From: Ktedonobacterales bacterium
GTDB lineage: Bacteria > Chloroflexota > Ktedonobacteria > Ktedonobacterales > JADMIN01
NCBI GenBank assembly: GCA_030167145.1
Contig: CP126532.1
Span: 2,700,001-2,732,000, forward strand
Length of the DNA: 32,000 bases
Reading direction: 5' to 3'
The notes under the pieces are model-generated. The model had not been told where the DNA came from. It did no database searches and worked only from the letters and a program-made list of their open reading frames with translations. Position numbers and translations under genes: made by a program. This document shows, in pieces, positions 7,676-16,493 of the stretch. Position 1 is the first letter of the stretch. The number at the start of each line of letters is the position of its first letter.

Positions 7676-9523
7676 TCACCCCTGCGTATTCGCCTGCCCC
7701 CCCGCATCCGGCGGAATCTGGTAATACGCGAAGAGTTGCTGCGCCAGCTCGCGCCAGAGTGGCGCCGCTGCCGTCGCGCCGTAGATCGTCGTGCGCGGAT
7801 GATCCAGCTTCACCAGCATCACGAAACGTGGGTCTGTCGCTGGCGCATAACCAATGACCGAGGCGTAGGTGATCGTCGGTTGCGCCGGGTCCGGTGTCGA
7901 GGTGCCGGTCTTCGCCGCCACCGCATACCCCGGCAGCAGATTCATCTGTGTCTCGGTGTATGCGGAATCCACCAGCATCTGCGTCACCGTCTGCGCGGTA
8001 TCGGCGCTCACTGCCCGGCGCACCGGATATGGCCCGTAGGTCGTCGTCGCGCCGCCTCCGCCATCGGCGGTCGTGCTCGCCACGATGTACGGGCGCATCA
8101 GCACGCCGCCGTTCGCCAGCGCGCCATATGCCGCCACCATCTCCAGCGGCGTCACCGCCATGCCCTCGCCGAATGCGTTCTCGGCCAGCCGCAGCGCGCG
8201 CTGCCCCTGCGTCTTGGCTGGCTCCAGCCAGCCCGACGACTCCGATGGCAGGTCTACGCCCGTCTTGCTGGTGAGGCCGAACGCCGCGAGATACTTGTCA
8301 TAGCGGTCGCCGCCGACATGCGCCGAGACCGTCGCCGCACCAGTATTCAGCGAATATTCCAGCACCTGCGTCATGGTCATGGTGCCGTGCGCCTTGCCAT
8401 CCCAATTGTGGATGCCAACGCCACCCGCCCAGAACACCCCACTGTCGTAGTAGGTCGTGTCGGGCTGGATCACGCCACTATCCACACCTGCCGCCATCGT
8501 AATCCCCTTCATCACCGAACCGGGATCATACACACTGCTCACCGCCGGATTCACGAAATCTGCCAGCGGCGCCTGCCCGTAGCGATTCGGGTCGAACGAT
8601 GGCACGCTCGCCAGCGCGATCAGCGCGCCCGAACGCGGATCCATGACGACCACCGTGCCGCCGTCAGAATGCGTTGCCGCGACCGTCTGCGCCAATTCCT
8701 GCTCGACCCAATATTGCACGTTCGCATCCAGCGTCAGCGTCACATTCGCGCCGGGAATCGCGGGCGTCTGCCGCTGCTGCGCCGTCGCCAGCGGATTGCC
8801 CTGCGCGTCTACCGCCGTATAGAGCAGGCCAGGCGTTCCCGCCAGCAATTGCTCGTATTCCGCTTCCACGCCGTACTGCCCCGTTCCATTCTGGCCGCCG
8901 AGAAATCCCAGCGCCTGCCCCGCCAGCGAACCCGCCGGATACATGCGCTGCACCACCGGAATCAACGCGATGCCTGGAAGCTGATTCTGCTGGCTCAGGC
9001 GCATCACCGCGTCGCTCTGTTCCTGCGATAGCAGCAGCGTAGCGCCATCCGCGCCGCGCAGCTTCACGTACTGCCCCGGCACATCGAGCTGGCCGCGCAC
9101 CAGCGTCACCGGCAGATTCAGCGCCAACGCCAGATTCGCCACCGTCGTATCGAGCATGTTGACTCCGTTTACGTCGCGTATCACGTCCGGGTCGGCGATC
9201 ACCGAATCGTGCGTGATGCTCACCGCTAGCAATCGCCCGGTCGCATCGAAGATGCTGCCCCGGCCCGTCGCCAGTGTGAACTGGTGCGCATGCTGGGCAT
9301 CGGCCCAGGCGGCTAGTTGCGTATGCCAGGAAGTCTGCCAGTAGGCCGTCTTGCCAAGCAGCCCCGCGAGCATGATGCCCGCCAGCGCCAGCAACACGCC
9401 CTGCCGCACTCGCGCCCGCGCTCGCATCGCATCATCAGCCTGATCGCGCGCTCGCGCCTCTTTCACGTCCAGCGGCTTCGCATTGCGCCAGCCGGAGCGC
9501 ATCGGCGGCCACTCGCGGCTCAC
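7676..9523 (-). CDS. ftsI: class B penicillin-binding protein / peptidoglycan D,D-transpeptidase (FtsI-type)
   Basis: There is an N-terminal TM anchor. The transpeptidase motifs are SVMK (SxxK), SLN (SxN) and KTGT. The gene lies in the dcw context after ftsL, with a GTGA start/stop overlap with ftsL. Confidence 0.9.
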   Translation of the reverse strand: MSREWPPMRSGWRNAKPLDVKEARARDQADDAMRARARVRQGVLLALAGIMLAGLLGKTAYWQTSWHTQLAAWADAQHAHQFTLATGRGSIFDATGRLLAVSITHDSVIADPDVIRDVNGVNMLDTTVANLALALNLPVTLVRGQLDVPGQYVKLRGADGATLLLSQEQSDAVMRLSQQNQLPGIALIPVVQRMYPAGSLAGQALGFLGGQNGTGQYGVEAEYEQLLAGTPGLLYTAVDAQGNPLATAQQRQTPAIPGANVTLTLDANVQYWVEQELAQTVAATHSDGGTVVVMDPRSGALIALASVPSFDPNRYGQAPLADFVNPAVSSVYDPGSVMKGITMAAGVDSGVIQPDTTYYDSGVFWAGGVGIHNWDGKAHGTMTMTQVLEYSLNTGAATVSAHVGGDRYDKYLAAFGLTSKTGVDLPSESSGWLEPAKTQGQRALRLAENAFGEGMAVTPLEMVAAYGALANGGVLMRPYIVASTTADGGGGATTTYGPYPVRRAVSADTAQTVTQMLVDSAYTETQMNLLPGYAVAAKTGTSTPDPAQPTITYASVIGYAPATDPRFVMLVKLDHPRTTIYGATAAAPLWRELAQQLFAYYQIPPDAGGQANTQG

Positions 9524-9894
9524 GACTGGCCTCCCGCCGCCGTCGCCACCTGGACCGCCAGGATTTGCGCCGTGCCCGCGGGCGCGGGCGCCAGGCCCAA
9601 TTCCCGCGCGCGCGCGTCAATGTACGCCGGACTGGTAGCCTCGCCCAATTGCTGGCGCAGCAGCGCGTCTTGCCGCGCAATCCGCACCTGCTCGGCTTGC
9701 AGCGTCCGCAGGCGGTCATTGGCCGTCGTCACGCCGGACACTTCGCTCAGGTAGAGGAACGCCACCAATCCGATCAGCGCCACCCCGAAGAGCACCCGCG
9801 CCACCGGCGTCCGCACTGCCATTCGCACCCGCTCGCGCCAGCTCGGTTCGCGCTCCTCCTCTGGCCCCGCCAGCGGATCGTCTCGCTCGCTCAT
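9520..9894 (-). CDS. ftsL: FtsL-like cell division protein (septum formation initiator type)
   Basis: The product is 124 aa with one TM helix (VLFGVALIGLVAFLYL) followed by a coiled-coil-like segment. It lies between rsmH and ftsI. The SD is GGAAGGGGAGGG. Confidence 0.7.
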   Translation of the reverse strand: MSERDDPLAGPEEEREPSWRERVRMAVRTPVARVLFGVALIGLVAFLYLSEVSGVTTANDRLRTLQAEQVRIARQDALLRQQLGEATSPAYIDARARELGLAPAPAGTAQILAVQVATAAGGQS

Positions 9895-9913
9895 GCGACC
9901 CTCCCCTTCCTTC

Positions 9914-9946
9914 CGCTACGCCGACATATCGTTATGTCACGTAGCG
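9914..9946 (-). promoter_or_regulatory. long imperfect hairpin immediately upstream of the ftsL ribosome-binding site
   Basis: The structure is CGCTACG-cc-GACATA-tcgt-TATGTC-a-CGTAGCG, giving 13 paired positions. It ends 19 nt before the ftsL ATG. Confidence 0.5.
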
Positions 9947-10028
9947 TCCAGAGCGGAGTAACGCAGAAGTTGTGCCGAGTCGCAAGTTCATCACATCGCT
10001 CTATTCGATTGTTCACGTACTCTATTGT

Positions 10029-10059
10029 CCGTAGGGGCGTCCGGTGGACGCCCGTTCAC
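10029..10059. repeat. REP-like hairpin element, copy 2 (GGGCGTCC-ggt-GGACGCCC)
   Basis: The arms lie at 10035-10042 and 10046-10053, 25 nt downstream of the rsmH stop. Confidence 0.75.
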
Positions 10060-10078
10060 TGGACGTCCGCGACCGCCA

Positions 10079-11131
<1,053 letters not shown>

Positions 11132-11215
11132 GCGCCCGCCTTCCGTATCCAGTCCGCGCAGGCGGACTTCGCGGCCCGTGGGCCATTCAGTCGCGGTTTC
11201 AACCGCCCGCCCATT

Positions 11216-11647
11216 CTAGAACGGCAACGGCAGGCCACTCAGGTCCTCCGCCGCCATCTCCTCCTCGAACGCCTCCCAGCGTTCGGGACTCCAGATCTCG
11301 AAGCGGTCGCGTGCGCCGACGATCATCGCCTCGCCGTTCAGTCCCGCGTACTGGCGGAACTTCAGCGGCAGCAACGCGCGCCCCTGTGCGTCCATTTCAA
11401 GTTCGGTGGAGTAGGCGAAGAAACGGCGCTCGGCGATGCGGCGCAGGCGGGCATCTGTGATGGCGGCAGCCATCTCTTCGGCCTTCTCTTCCCAGGTCTC
11501 CACCGGAAACACATAGAGGCAGTCGTCCACACCCCGCGTCAGCACCGCACCGCGCTCCAGTTTGGCGCGGAAGCGTGCCGGGATGGCAACGCGCCCCTTG
11601 GCGTCTACCGTATGGCGATTTTCCCCGAGAAAGATTGGCTTCGACAT
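11216..11647 (-). CDS. mraZ: transcriptional regulator MraZ
   Basis: The product is 143 aa starting MSKPIFLGENRHTVDAKGRVAIPARFR, with a second half-domain DAQGRALLPLKFR (duplicated DxxxR motif). The ORF-track extension up to 12043 is Arg-rich and crosses the promoter, so it is rejected. Confidence 0.9.
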   Translation of the reverse strand: MSKPIFLGENRHTVDAKGRVAIPARFRAKLERGAVLTRGVDDCLYVFPVETWEEKAEEMAAAITDARLRRIAERRFFAYSTELEMDAQGRALLPLKFRQYAGLNGEAMIVGARDRFEIWSPERWEAFEEEMAAEDLSGLPLPF

Positions 11648-11650
11648 GGT

Positions 11651-11680
11651 GCCCCACTTTGCCCCACTTTGCCCCACATC
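11651..11680 (-). promoter_or_regulatory. MraZ operator: three 10-bp-phased direct repeats GTGGGGCA(AA)
   Basis: The minus strand reads TATACT-agcgat-GTGGGGCAAA-GTGGGGCAAA-GTGGGGCACC-ATG. This matches published MraZ boxes, which are three TGGGN / AAAGTGG repeats with a 10-bp period. A TATACT -10-like hexamer lies at 11684-11689. Confidence 0.65.
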
Positions 11681-11716
11681 GCTAGTATATGGCCCCCATC
11701 CGCCCGATGGAACCCC

Positions 11717-11779
11717 TTTATCCACGACTTTCTCCCCACCCGGTGGATAAGCCGTGGACAAACGGGCGTGTTCTCCACA
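11717..11779. promoter_or_regulatory. cluster of four DnaA-box-like 9-mers
   Basis: The boxes are TTATCCACg (+, 11718-11726), TTATCCACc (-, 11742-11750), TTGTCCACg (-, 11753-11761) and TTCTCCACA (+, 11771-11779). The consensus is TTATNCACA. Confidence 0.45.
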
Positions 11780-11913
11780 AACCATGAAATATGCGGAAAG
11801 CCGCAGCGTATTTCTTCCTTGCGTGCCCGCTATGGAGCATCCTAACCCGGCCGCTTTGACTGTACGGGCTGGGCGCATCCCGTGCGCCTTCATCGCCCCT
11901 CGCTGGTGACGCC

Positions 11914-12549
11914 CTATCCCTGCGGGCGGGGCTTCGGCGCGGGCGCTGCAGGCGCGGCGCGCTCTTCTTCCTCGTCGTCCAAGTCGCGCAGCGGATTGAG
12001 CCAGCCAGCGAGGCCCGAACGTGGCGCGCCGATCAACTCCCACGCGCGTATCAGCGCCACACCGTAGATCGGCATCAGCAAAATGGAGAGCACATAGACC
12101 TCGCCAATCTCATTCGTGTGTTCGATCAACTGGATAGCGGTGAAGACCTGGAACGCATACAGGGTGGTTGTGCCAACGATCATGAAAAGCGTGCGCCCAA
12201 CACTCCTCCACCGGCGCCCACTCGCCTCGCGTTGTAGCTCCGTCCGCACAAGTTGGGTTCCCGACATCACGCTAGTCAGCATGCCCATCGCGCCGAAAAA
12301 CAGGGGCACCGCCCCGACGTTCGTATGTGGCAGCAGTGCGGCGCTGGAGACGAAAAAGCCGTTGACCAGCGCGGTAAAGGCGCTTGCCGCCACGGCCTGG
12401 CGCTCGCGCTGCGCCGTGCGCCCGAAGGTGCGCTGGGGATTGATCGAGATCGCGACGAAGAGCAGGCCAATCAGCGCTGCTCCCGCCCCGGCCATCGCCG
12501 CAAAATACGTATTGAAATCTTCAACCGTGATCGGCGCGCTAGCTAGCAT
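11914..12549 (-). CDS. polytopic membrane protein with acidic/Pro-rich C-terminal tail, unknown function
   Basis: The ATG at 12547-12549 lies 10 nt after AGGAG. About five hydrophobic helices are visible. The tail is RDLDDEEEERAAPAAPAPKPRPQG. Confidence 0.6.
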   Translation of the reverse strand: MLASAPITVEDFNTYFAAMAGAGAALIGLLFVAISINPQRTFGRTAQRERQAVAASAFTALVNGFFVSSAALLPHTNVGAVPLFFGAMGMLTSVMSGTQLVRTELQREASGRRWRSVGRTLFMIVGTTTLYAFQVFTAIQLIEHTNEIGEVYVLSILLMPIYGVALIRAWELIGAPRSGLAGWLNPLRDLDDEEEERAAPAAPAPKPRPQG

Positions 12550-12750
12550 CTCATGCCATCTCCTGCCTTGTCCTCGCATGCTGCGCCCGCTCGCGCACGT
12601 GCCACCGCATCATAGCATCATGGCCATCATCCATCCACATCTCCCCACTTCACGCCAATTTCACGTCAATTAGGGCGAATACTGTCCGCTTTCCGCTATA
12701 CACTCAGAGATAGAGAAGTGTTCCTGAGTGTACCGGGAGGTGAGACGCCA

Positions 12751-13266
12751 ATGGAACAACAGATGGGCAAAGCCGAACTGCTCGGCAAGATGCGCCGGGG
12801 CCGCGCCGCATGGGAGGACTTGATTGCCGAAGTCCCGCGCGAGCGCATGACCGAGCCAGGCGTTGAGGGCGATTGGTCGCTCAAAGATGTGCTAATCCAC
12901 GTGGCGATCTACGAAGACTGGATGGCCGATCAGCTCGAAGGTCTGGCGCGCGGCGAGACGGACATGCGCGACACCTTTGCCATCCCCTTCGAGGTCAACG
13001 GCTTCGATGTCAACGAGCGCAACGCCTGGTTCTTCCGTGCGAACCGCGCCCGCGCGCTCGCCGACGTGCTCGCCGAAACGCAGCGCACCTTCCCGCGTCT
13101 GCTCGCTGCCGTAGAGCGCCTCACCGATGACGACCTTAACGAGACGCAGCGCTACGTATGGACCGGCGGCGCGCCCGTCTGGGACGCGGTGGGCGGCAAT
13201 TCCTTCGATCACTACGACGAACACACGCCCAACATTCGCGCCTGGCTCGCCCGCAACGCCGCATAA
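12751..13266 (+). CDS. DinB-superfamily four-helix-bundle protein (ClbS/DfsB-like)
   Basis: A GGGAGG SD precedes the ATG. KAELLGKM...W..LIAEVP...WSLKDVLIHV and the C-terminal FDHYDEHTPNIRAWL resemble the ClbS/DUF1706 and DinB patterns, from memory. Confidence 0.6.
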   Translation: MEQQMGKAELLGKMRRGRAAWEDLIAEVPRERMTEPGVEGDWSLKDVLIHVAIYEDWMADQLEGLARGETDMRDTFAIPFEVNGFDVNERNAWFFRANRARALADVLAETQRTFPRLLAAVERLTDDDLNETQRYVWTGGAPVWDAVGGNSFDHYDEHTPNIRAWLARNAA

Positions 13267-13353
13267 CCACCCCTGTTGTCTCTTCGTCTCTCGCGCCATC
13301 TCGTGTTGTTCGGGGTGGTCAGTTCCGCCCTCCACCACTTCAGGAGCGTTCGC

Positions 13354-13908
13354 ATGCTGCGTACCGAGACCACATCCACCGATACCGCGCTGCTCATCAT
13401 TGACGTACAAAACGGCCTCTTCGACGAAGTCTACGACGACGACCGCGCCGTGCTACAGCGCATCGCCACGCTCATAGAGCGCGCCCGCGCCGCTGGCGCG
13501 CCCATCATCTACGTCCAGCACGACGGCGGCCCCGGCCACCCGCTCGCGCCAGAGACCGACGCCTGGCGCATCCATCCCGCCGTCGCCCCGCGCCCCGATG
13601 ACCTCATCGTGCGCAAGCGCGCCTCCGACGCCTTCTACAAGACATCGCTGCAACGCGCGCTGGATGCGCGCGGCATCTTGCGGCTGGTCGTCACCGGCGC
13701 GCAGAGCGAATTCTGCGTGGATACCACCTGCCGCCGCGCGCTCAGCCAGGGCTACGACGTCACGCTCGTCGCCGACGGCCACCAGACCTGCGACGCCAAC
13801 GGCCTTTCCACTGAGCAGATCATCGCCTACCATAACGCCGTGCTGGCCAACCTTGCCCACCCCGACCACAGCATCACCATCACGCCAGCGGCGGACGTGA
13901 CGTTCTGA
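13354..13908 (+). CDS. isochorismatase-family cysteine hydrolase
   Basis: AGGAG lies 7 nt before the ATG. Motifs are ALLIIDVQNGLF and VVTGAQSEFCVDTTCR (catalytic Cys context). Confidence 0.85.
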   Translation: MLRTETTSTDTALLIIDVQNGLFDEVYDDDRAVLQRIATLIERARAAGAPIIYVQHDGGPGHPLAPETDAWRIHPAVAPRPDDLIVRKRASDAFYKTSLQRALDARGILRLVVTGAQSEFCVDTTCRRALSQGYDVTLVADGHQTCDANGLSTEQIIAYHNAVLANLAHPDHSITITPAADVTF

Positions 13909-13914
13909 CCGCGC

Positions 13915-15015
13915 TCATTCCGTTGGGCTGGAGAGCCAGTCGTCTTCTGCGCCGGGTCGCGGCAGCCACGGCGGCAACGAAATCTCCAGCAGATCCGCCA
14001 GCGCCAGCACGTATGGCTCATACATCTGGCGCAGGTGGCGCAGCTTCATATCAGCTTCCTTGGTCTCGTGCGGCTCCATCTCCACGGTACGCAGCAACCC
14101 ACGCAGCCGTGCCAGCGCCTCCGGCGGCAGACGGTCCTGCCCCTTGCGATGTTCCTTGTACGGCAGGAAATCCGCACCGAAGACCTGGCATAGATCCACC
14201 GCCGCGTGGCGCGCCATGGCGAAGGTGAGCCGCGCCTGATGCGTGGGAATGTCGTCAATGCCCGCCAGCACCAGCGCCGAGGCGTCTAGCACGACAGTCA
14301 GCGCGCTGAGCCACGCCTGGTTGTCGTGCTGCGAGCGGAAGTACGCCAGCGACGGATACGAAAGATGGCTCTCCATCAGTTCAGCGGACCACCGCTCCCA
14401 ATCCAGCAGGAAATCCGGGATCGTATTGCGCGGGCAGTCCTCGCCGTGGCGGCGCAGCAGCTCGCCAGCGGTCGGCGGCGATCCGGCGCGGGCATCCAGC
14501 AGCGAGACACTGACTTCACGCCGAGAGAACGCCTGATACAGCACCGGCAGATAGCTGATAATCAGCGCGAGAAAGCCGAAGCCCAACCCCGCCTCCACCA
14601 CGGCGATCAGGCGGCCCGCGCCGGTATACGGCACCAGATCGCCGAAGCCCAGCGTAAAGAAGGTGACGCCGCTGAAGTAGAGGTCGCTGCCGAAGCCGAA
14701 ATGCTGCTCGAAGCCGCGCAACGGCGAGCCGAAGCTCCATTGCAGCAGCGCGAAACCCAGCACCAGCCCCACGGCCCAGGTGACCAGCAACAGGATCAGC
14801 GCCAGCGGGCCGAAGAGGCTCAGAAAGCTTTCACGCCGCCCTTCATTGTGCAGACGACGCGCCACCGCGCGCCACGGCGCCCACGTGACATCGTAGAACG
14901 CACGAGTCAGCCGCAGCTTGCGGCGCACCCGGCGCGGCAAGATGATCGTCTCGAAGGCGTCCCACAGGATCGAAACAATGATGATCAACGCGGCCAGCGC
15001 GGCGAGTATGTGCAT
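13915..15015 (-). CDS. two-TM potassium channel family protein with a long C-terminal cytoplasmic domain
   Basis: The selectivity-filter signature is FFTLGFGDLVP, flanked by hydrophobic helices. The roughly 200-aa C-terminal part carries no RCK motif that I recognise. Confidence 0.8.
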   Translation of the reverse strand: MHILAALAALIIIVSILWDAFETIILPRRVRRKLRLTRAFYDVTWAPWRAVARRLHNEGRRESFLSLFGPLALILLLVTWAVGLVLGFALLQWSFGSPLRGFEQHFGFGSDLYFSGVTFFTLGFGDLVPYTGAGRLIAVVEAGLGFGFLALIISYLPVLYQAFSRREVSVSLLDARAGSPPTAGELLRRHGEDCPRNTIPDFLLDWERWSAELMESHLSYPSLAYFRSQHDNQAWLSALTVVLDASALVLAGIDDIPTHQARLTFAMARHAAVDLCQVFGADFLPYKEHRKGQDRLPPEALARLRGLLRTVEMEPHETKEADMKLRHLRQMYEPYVLALADLLEISLPPWLPRPGAEDDWLSSPTE

Positions 15016-15037
15016 CGGTGTTCCAGTCGGCCCGTAT

Positions 15038-15070
15038 CGTCGGCGGCGTCCGGCGGACGCCCGCGCGCAC
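15038..15070. repeat. REP-like hairpin element, copy 3 (GGCGTCC-ggc-GGACGCC)
   Basis: The arms lie at 15045-15051 and 15055-15061, in the divergent region between the K+ channel and the kinase. This copy is more degenerate than copies 1 and 2. Confidence 0.6.
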
Positions 15071-15191
15071 GTGTGTTGGTATGGCTATGGAGAAGACACT
15101 ATCGCCATATCTTACCGCATAGGCGGCAGATACGGCCTATGGATAATGCTGCCATGCGCGTGCGAGACGGCGTGCCTGCGGACCAGCACTT

Positions 15192-15220
15192 TTGACACAC
15201 CCCGGCACGCGCGATACAAT
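15192..15220 (+). promoter_or_regulatory. near-consensus sigma70-type promoter (TTGACA - 17 nt - TACAAT)
   Basis: TTGACA lies at 15192-15197 and TACAAT at 15215-15220. The kinase ATG is 30 nt downstream. Confidence 0.6.
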
Positions 15221-15249
15221 GAGGCCGAGCATTGAGGAGCGGCCCACCT

Positions 15250-16410
15250 ATGAACAACAACATCGCCGCCGAACCGCGTATACGCCCGCCGTCGCTTCGT
15301 GCGCTGCCCTTGCTGCCCGCGCTAGAAAAGAAATTTAGCGCGCTGCCGCTGCTCTATCGTGTGCTGTTCGCCAATAGCATCGTCATCTTGATCGGCGCCA
15401 CACTCGGCACCTCGCTCGCCACACGGCTCCAGGGCAATAGCCGCCCCATCGTGCTCGTCAGCTTCGTCGTAACGGGGCTGCTGATTAGCGTGGCGATCAA
15501 TTTCGTGCTGCTAAAGTTGGCGCTGTATCCGCTGCACCGCCTGCGCGAAACGATGCGCCAGGTGCAGGCTGGCGATCTCACCCAGCAGGCGCCCGTCACC
15601 GGGCGCGACCCCGATGCCGACCAGCTAGCCGTGGCCTTCAACACGATGCTCTCCGCGCTCGAAGATCTGGCGAAATCGCGCGCCAGCCAGATTCTGCACG
15701 CGCAAGAAGAGGAGCGCAAACGCATCGCCCGCGAGCTACACGATGAAACCAGCCAGGTGCTTACCTCGTTGCTCATCAGCCTGAAGCTGTTGGAGGAAAC
15801 CATCAGCGGCGACGAAACGCGCAAACGCATCGAAGATACCCGCGCACTCGCGCATCAGACGTTGCGAGCGGTGCGCAATCTGAGTATAGACCTGCGGCCC
15901 AGCGCGCTAGACGACCTGGGGCTGCTGCCCGCGCTGCGCTGGTACATGAAAGAATATCAGCAGAAGTGCGCCATCCAGGTCGAATTCAGCGCCACTGGCC
16001 TGAAAACCCGGCACTCGTCCGAGATGGAGACGGCGCTCTACCGCATCGTGCAGGAAGCGCTCACCAACACCGCCAAGCACGCGCATGCCCACAAAGCCTG
16101 GGTCACCGTAGATGAGGACGGCGAGCGTGTTCACGTGCGCGTCCGCGATGATGGCCGCGGCTTCGATGTGCCAGCGGTGCTCAAGACGCCCTGGCAAGAT
16201 CGTGGGCTGGGCCTGGCCGGCATGATGGAGCGCGCCAGTCTGCTGGATGGCACGGTACGCATCATGTCGCAGCCAGGCAGCGGCACAGAGGTAGATGTAC
16301 GCATCCCGCTCAGCACAGCGCTGAATGACGAAGCCGCGACGACCTCGCAGGCCAATGTAGCAGAGCAGGGCAATAGTCCAGACAGCGCGGCGCTTCCGGC
16401 CTGGACCTGA
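15250..16410 (+). CDS. sensor histidine kinase, NarX/LiaS type (HAMP + HisKA_3 + HATPase)
   Basis: GAGGAG lies 10 nt before the ATG at 15250. Two N-terminal TM helices are visible. The H-box is HAQEEERKRIARELHDETSQ and the ATPase boxes are VRDDGRGF and GLGLAGMMERA. Confidence 0.85.
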   Translation: MNNNIAAEPRIRPPSLRALPLLPALEKKFSALPLLYRVLFANSIVILIGATLGTSLATRLQGNSRPIVLVSFVVTGLLISVAINFVLLKLALYPLHRLRETMRQVQAGDLTQQAPVTGRDPDADQLAVAFNTMLSALEDLAKSRASQILHAQEEERKRIARELHDETSQVLTSLLISLKLLEETISGDETRKRIEDTRALAHQTLRAVRNLSIDLRPSALDDLGLLPALRWYMKEYQQKCAIQVEFSATGLKTRHSSEMETALYRIVQEALTNTAKHAHAHKAWVTVDEDGERVHVRVRDDGRGFDVPAVLKTPWQDRGLGLAGMMERASLLDGTVRIMSQPGSGTEVDVRIPLSTALNDEAATTSQANVAEQGNSPDSAALPAWT

Positions 16411-16493
16411 CCCGCAGCGATGGAGCAATGGAATGGCGATTATATGACGCGCAGACTGATGAAGACACCTAGAGCAGAGAAAATGGGCACGGC

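Noticed and set aside
7577-9031. A 484-aa plus-strand ORF lies antisense to ftsI.
   Set aside because: The product is extremely Arg/His-rich and low in complexity, with no recognisable motif. It lies exactly opposite a gene with clear SxxK/SxN/KTG motifs. This is a typical shadow ORF of GC-rich DNA.
11717-11800. The DnaA-box cluster could be the chromosomal origin (oriC).
   Set aside because: There are only four imperfect boxes. No convincing AT-rich unwinding element lies adjacent, and no dnaA/dnaN or other origin-proximal genes are nearby. The position fits a promoter-proximal regulatory cluster better.
11648-12043. The N-terminal extension of the MraZ ORF (track ORF 11216-12043) and the analogous extensions of the MBL hydrolase (30197-30514), the FtsB-like gene (30091-30222), the NADAR gene (22272-22382) and the RR (21317-21391).
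   Set aside because: The extensions are Arg-rich and overlap promoters, operators or the preceding gene. They also precede internal starts that have good SD sequences and yield proteins of canonical length.
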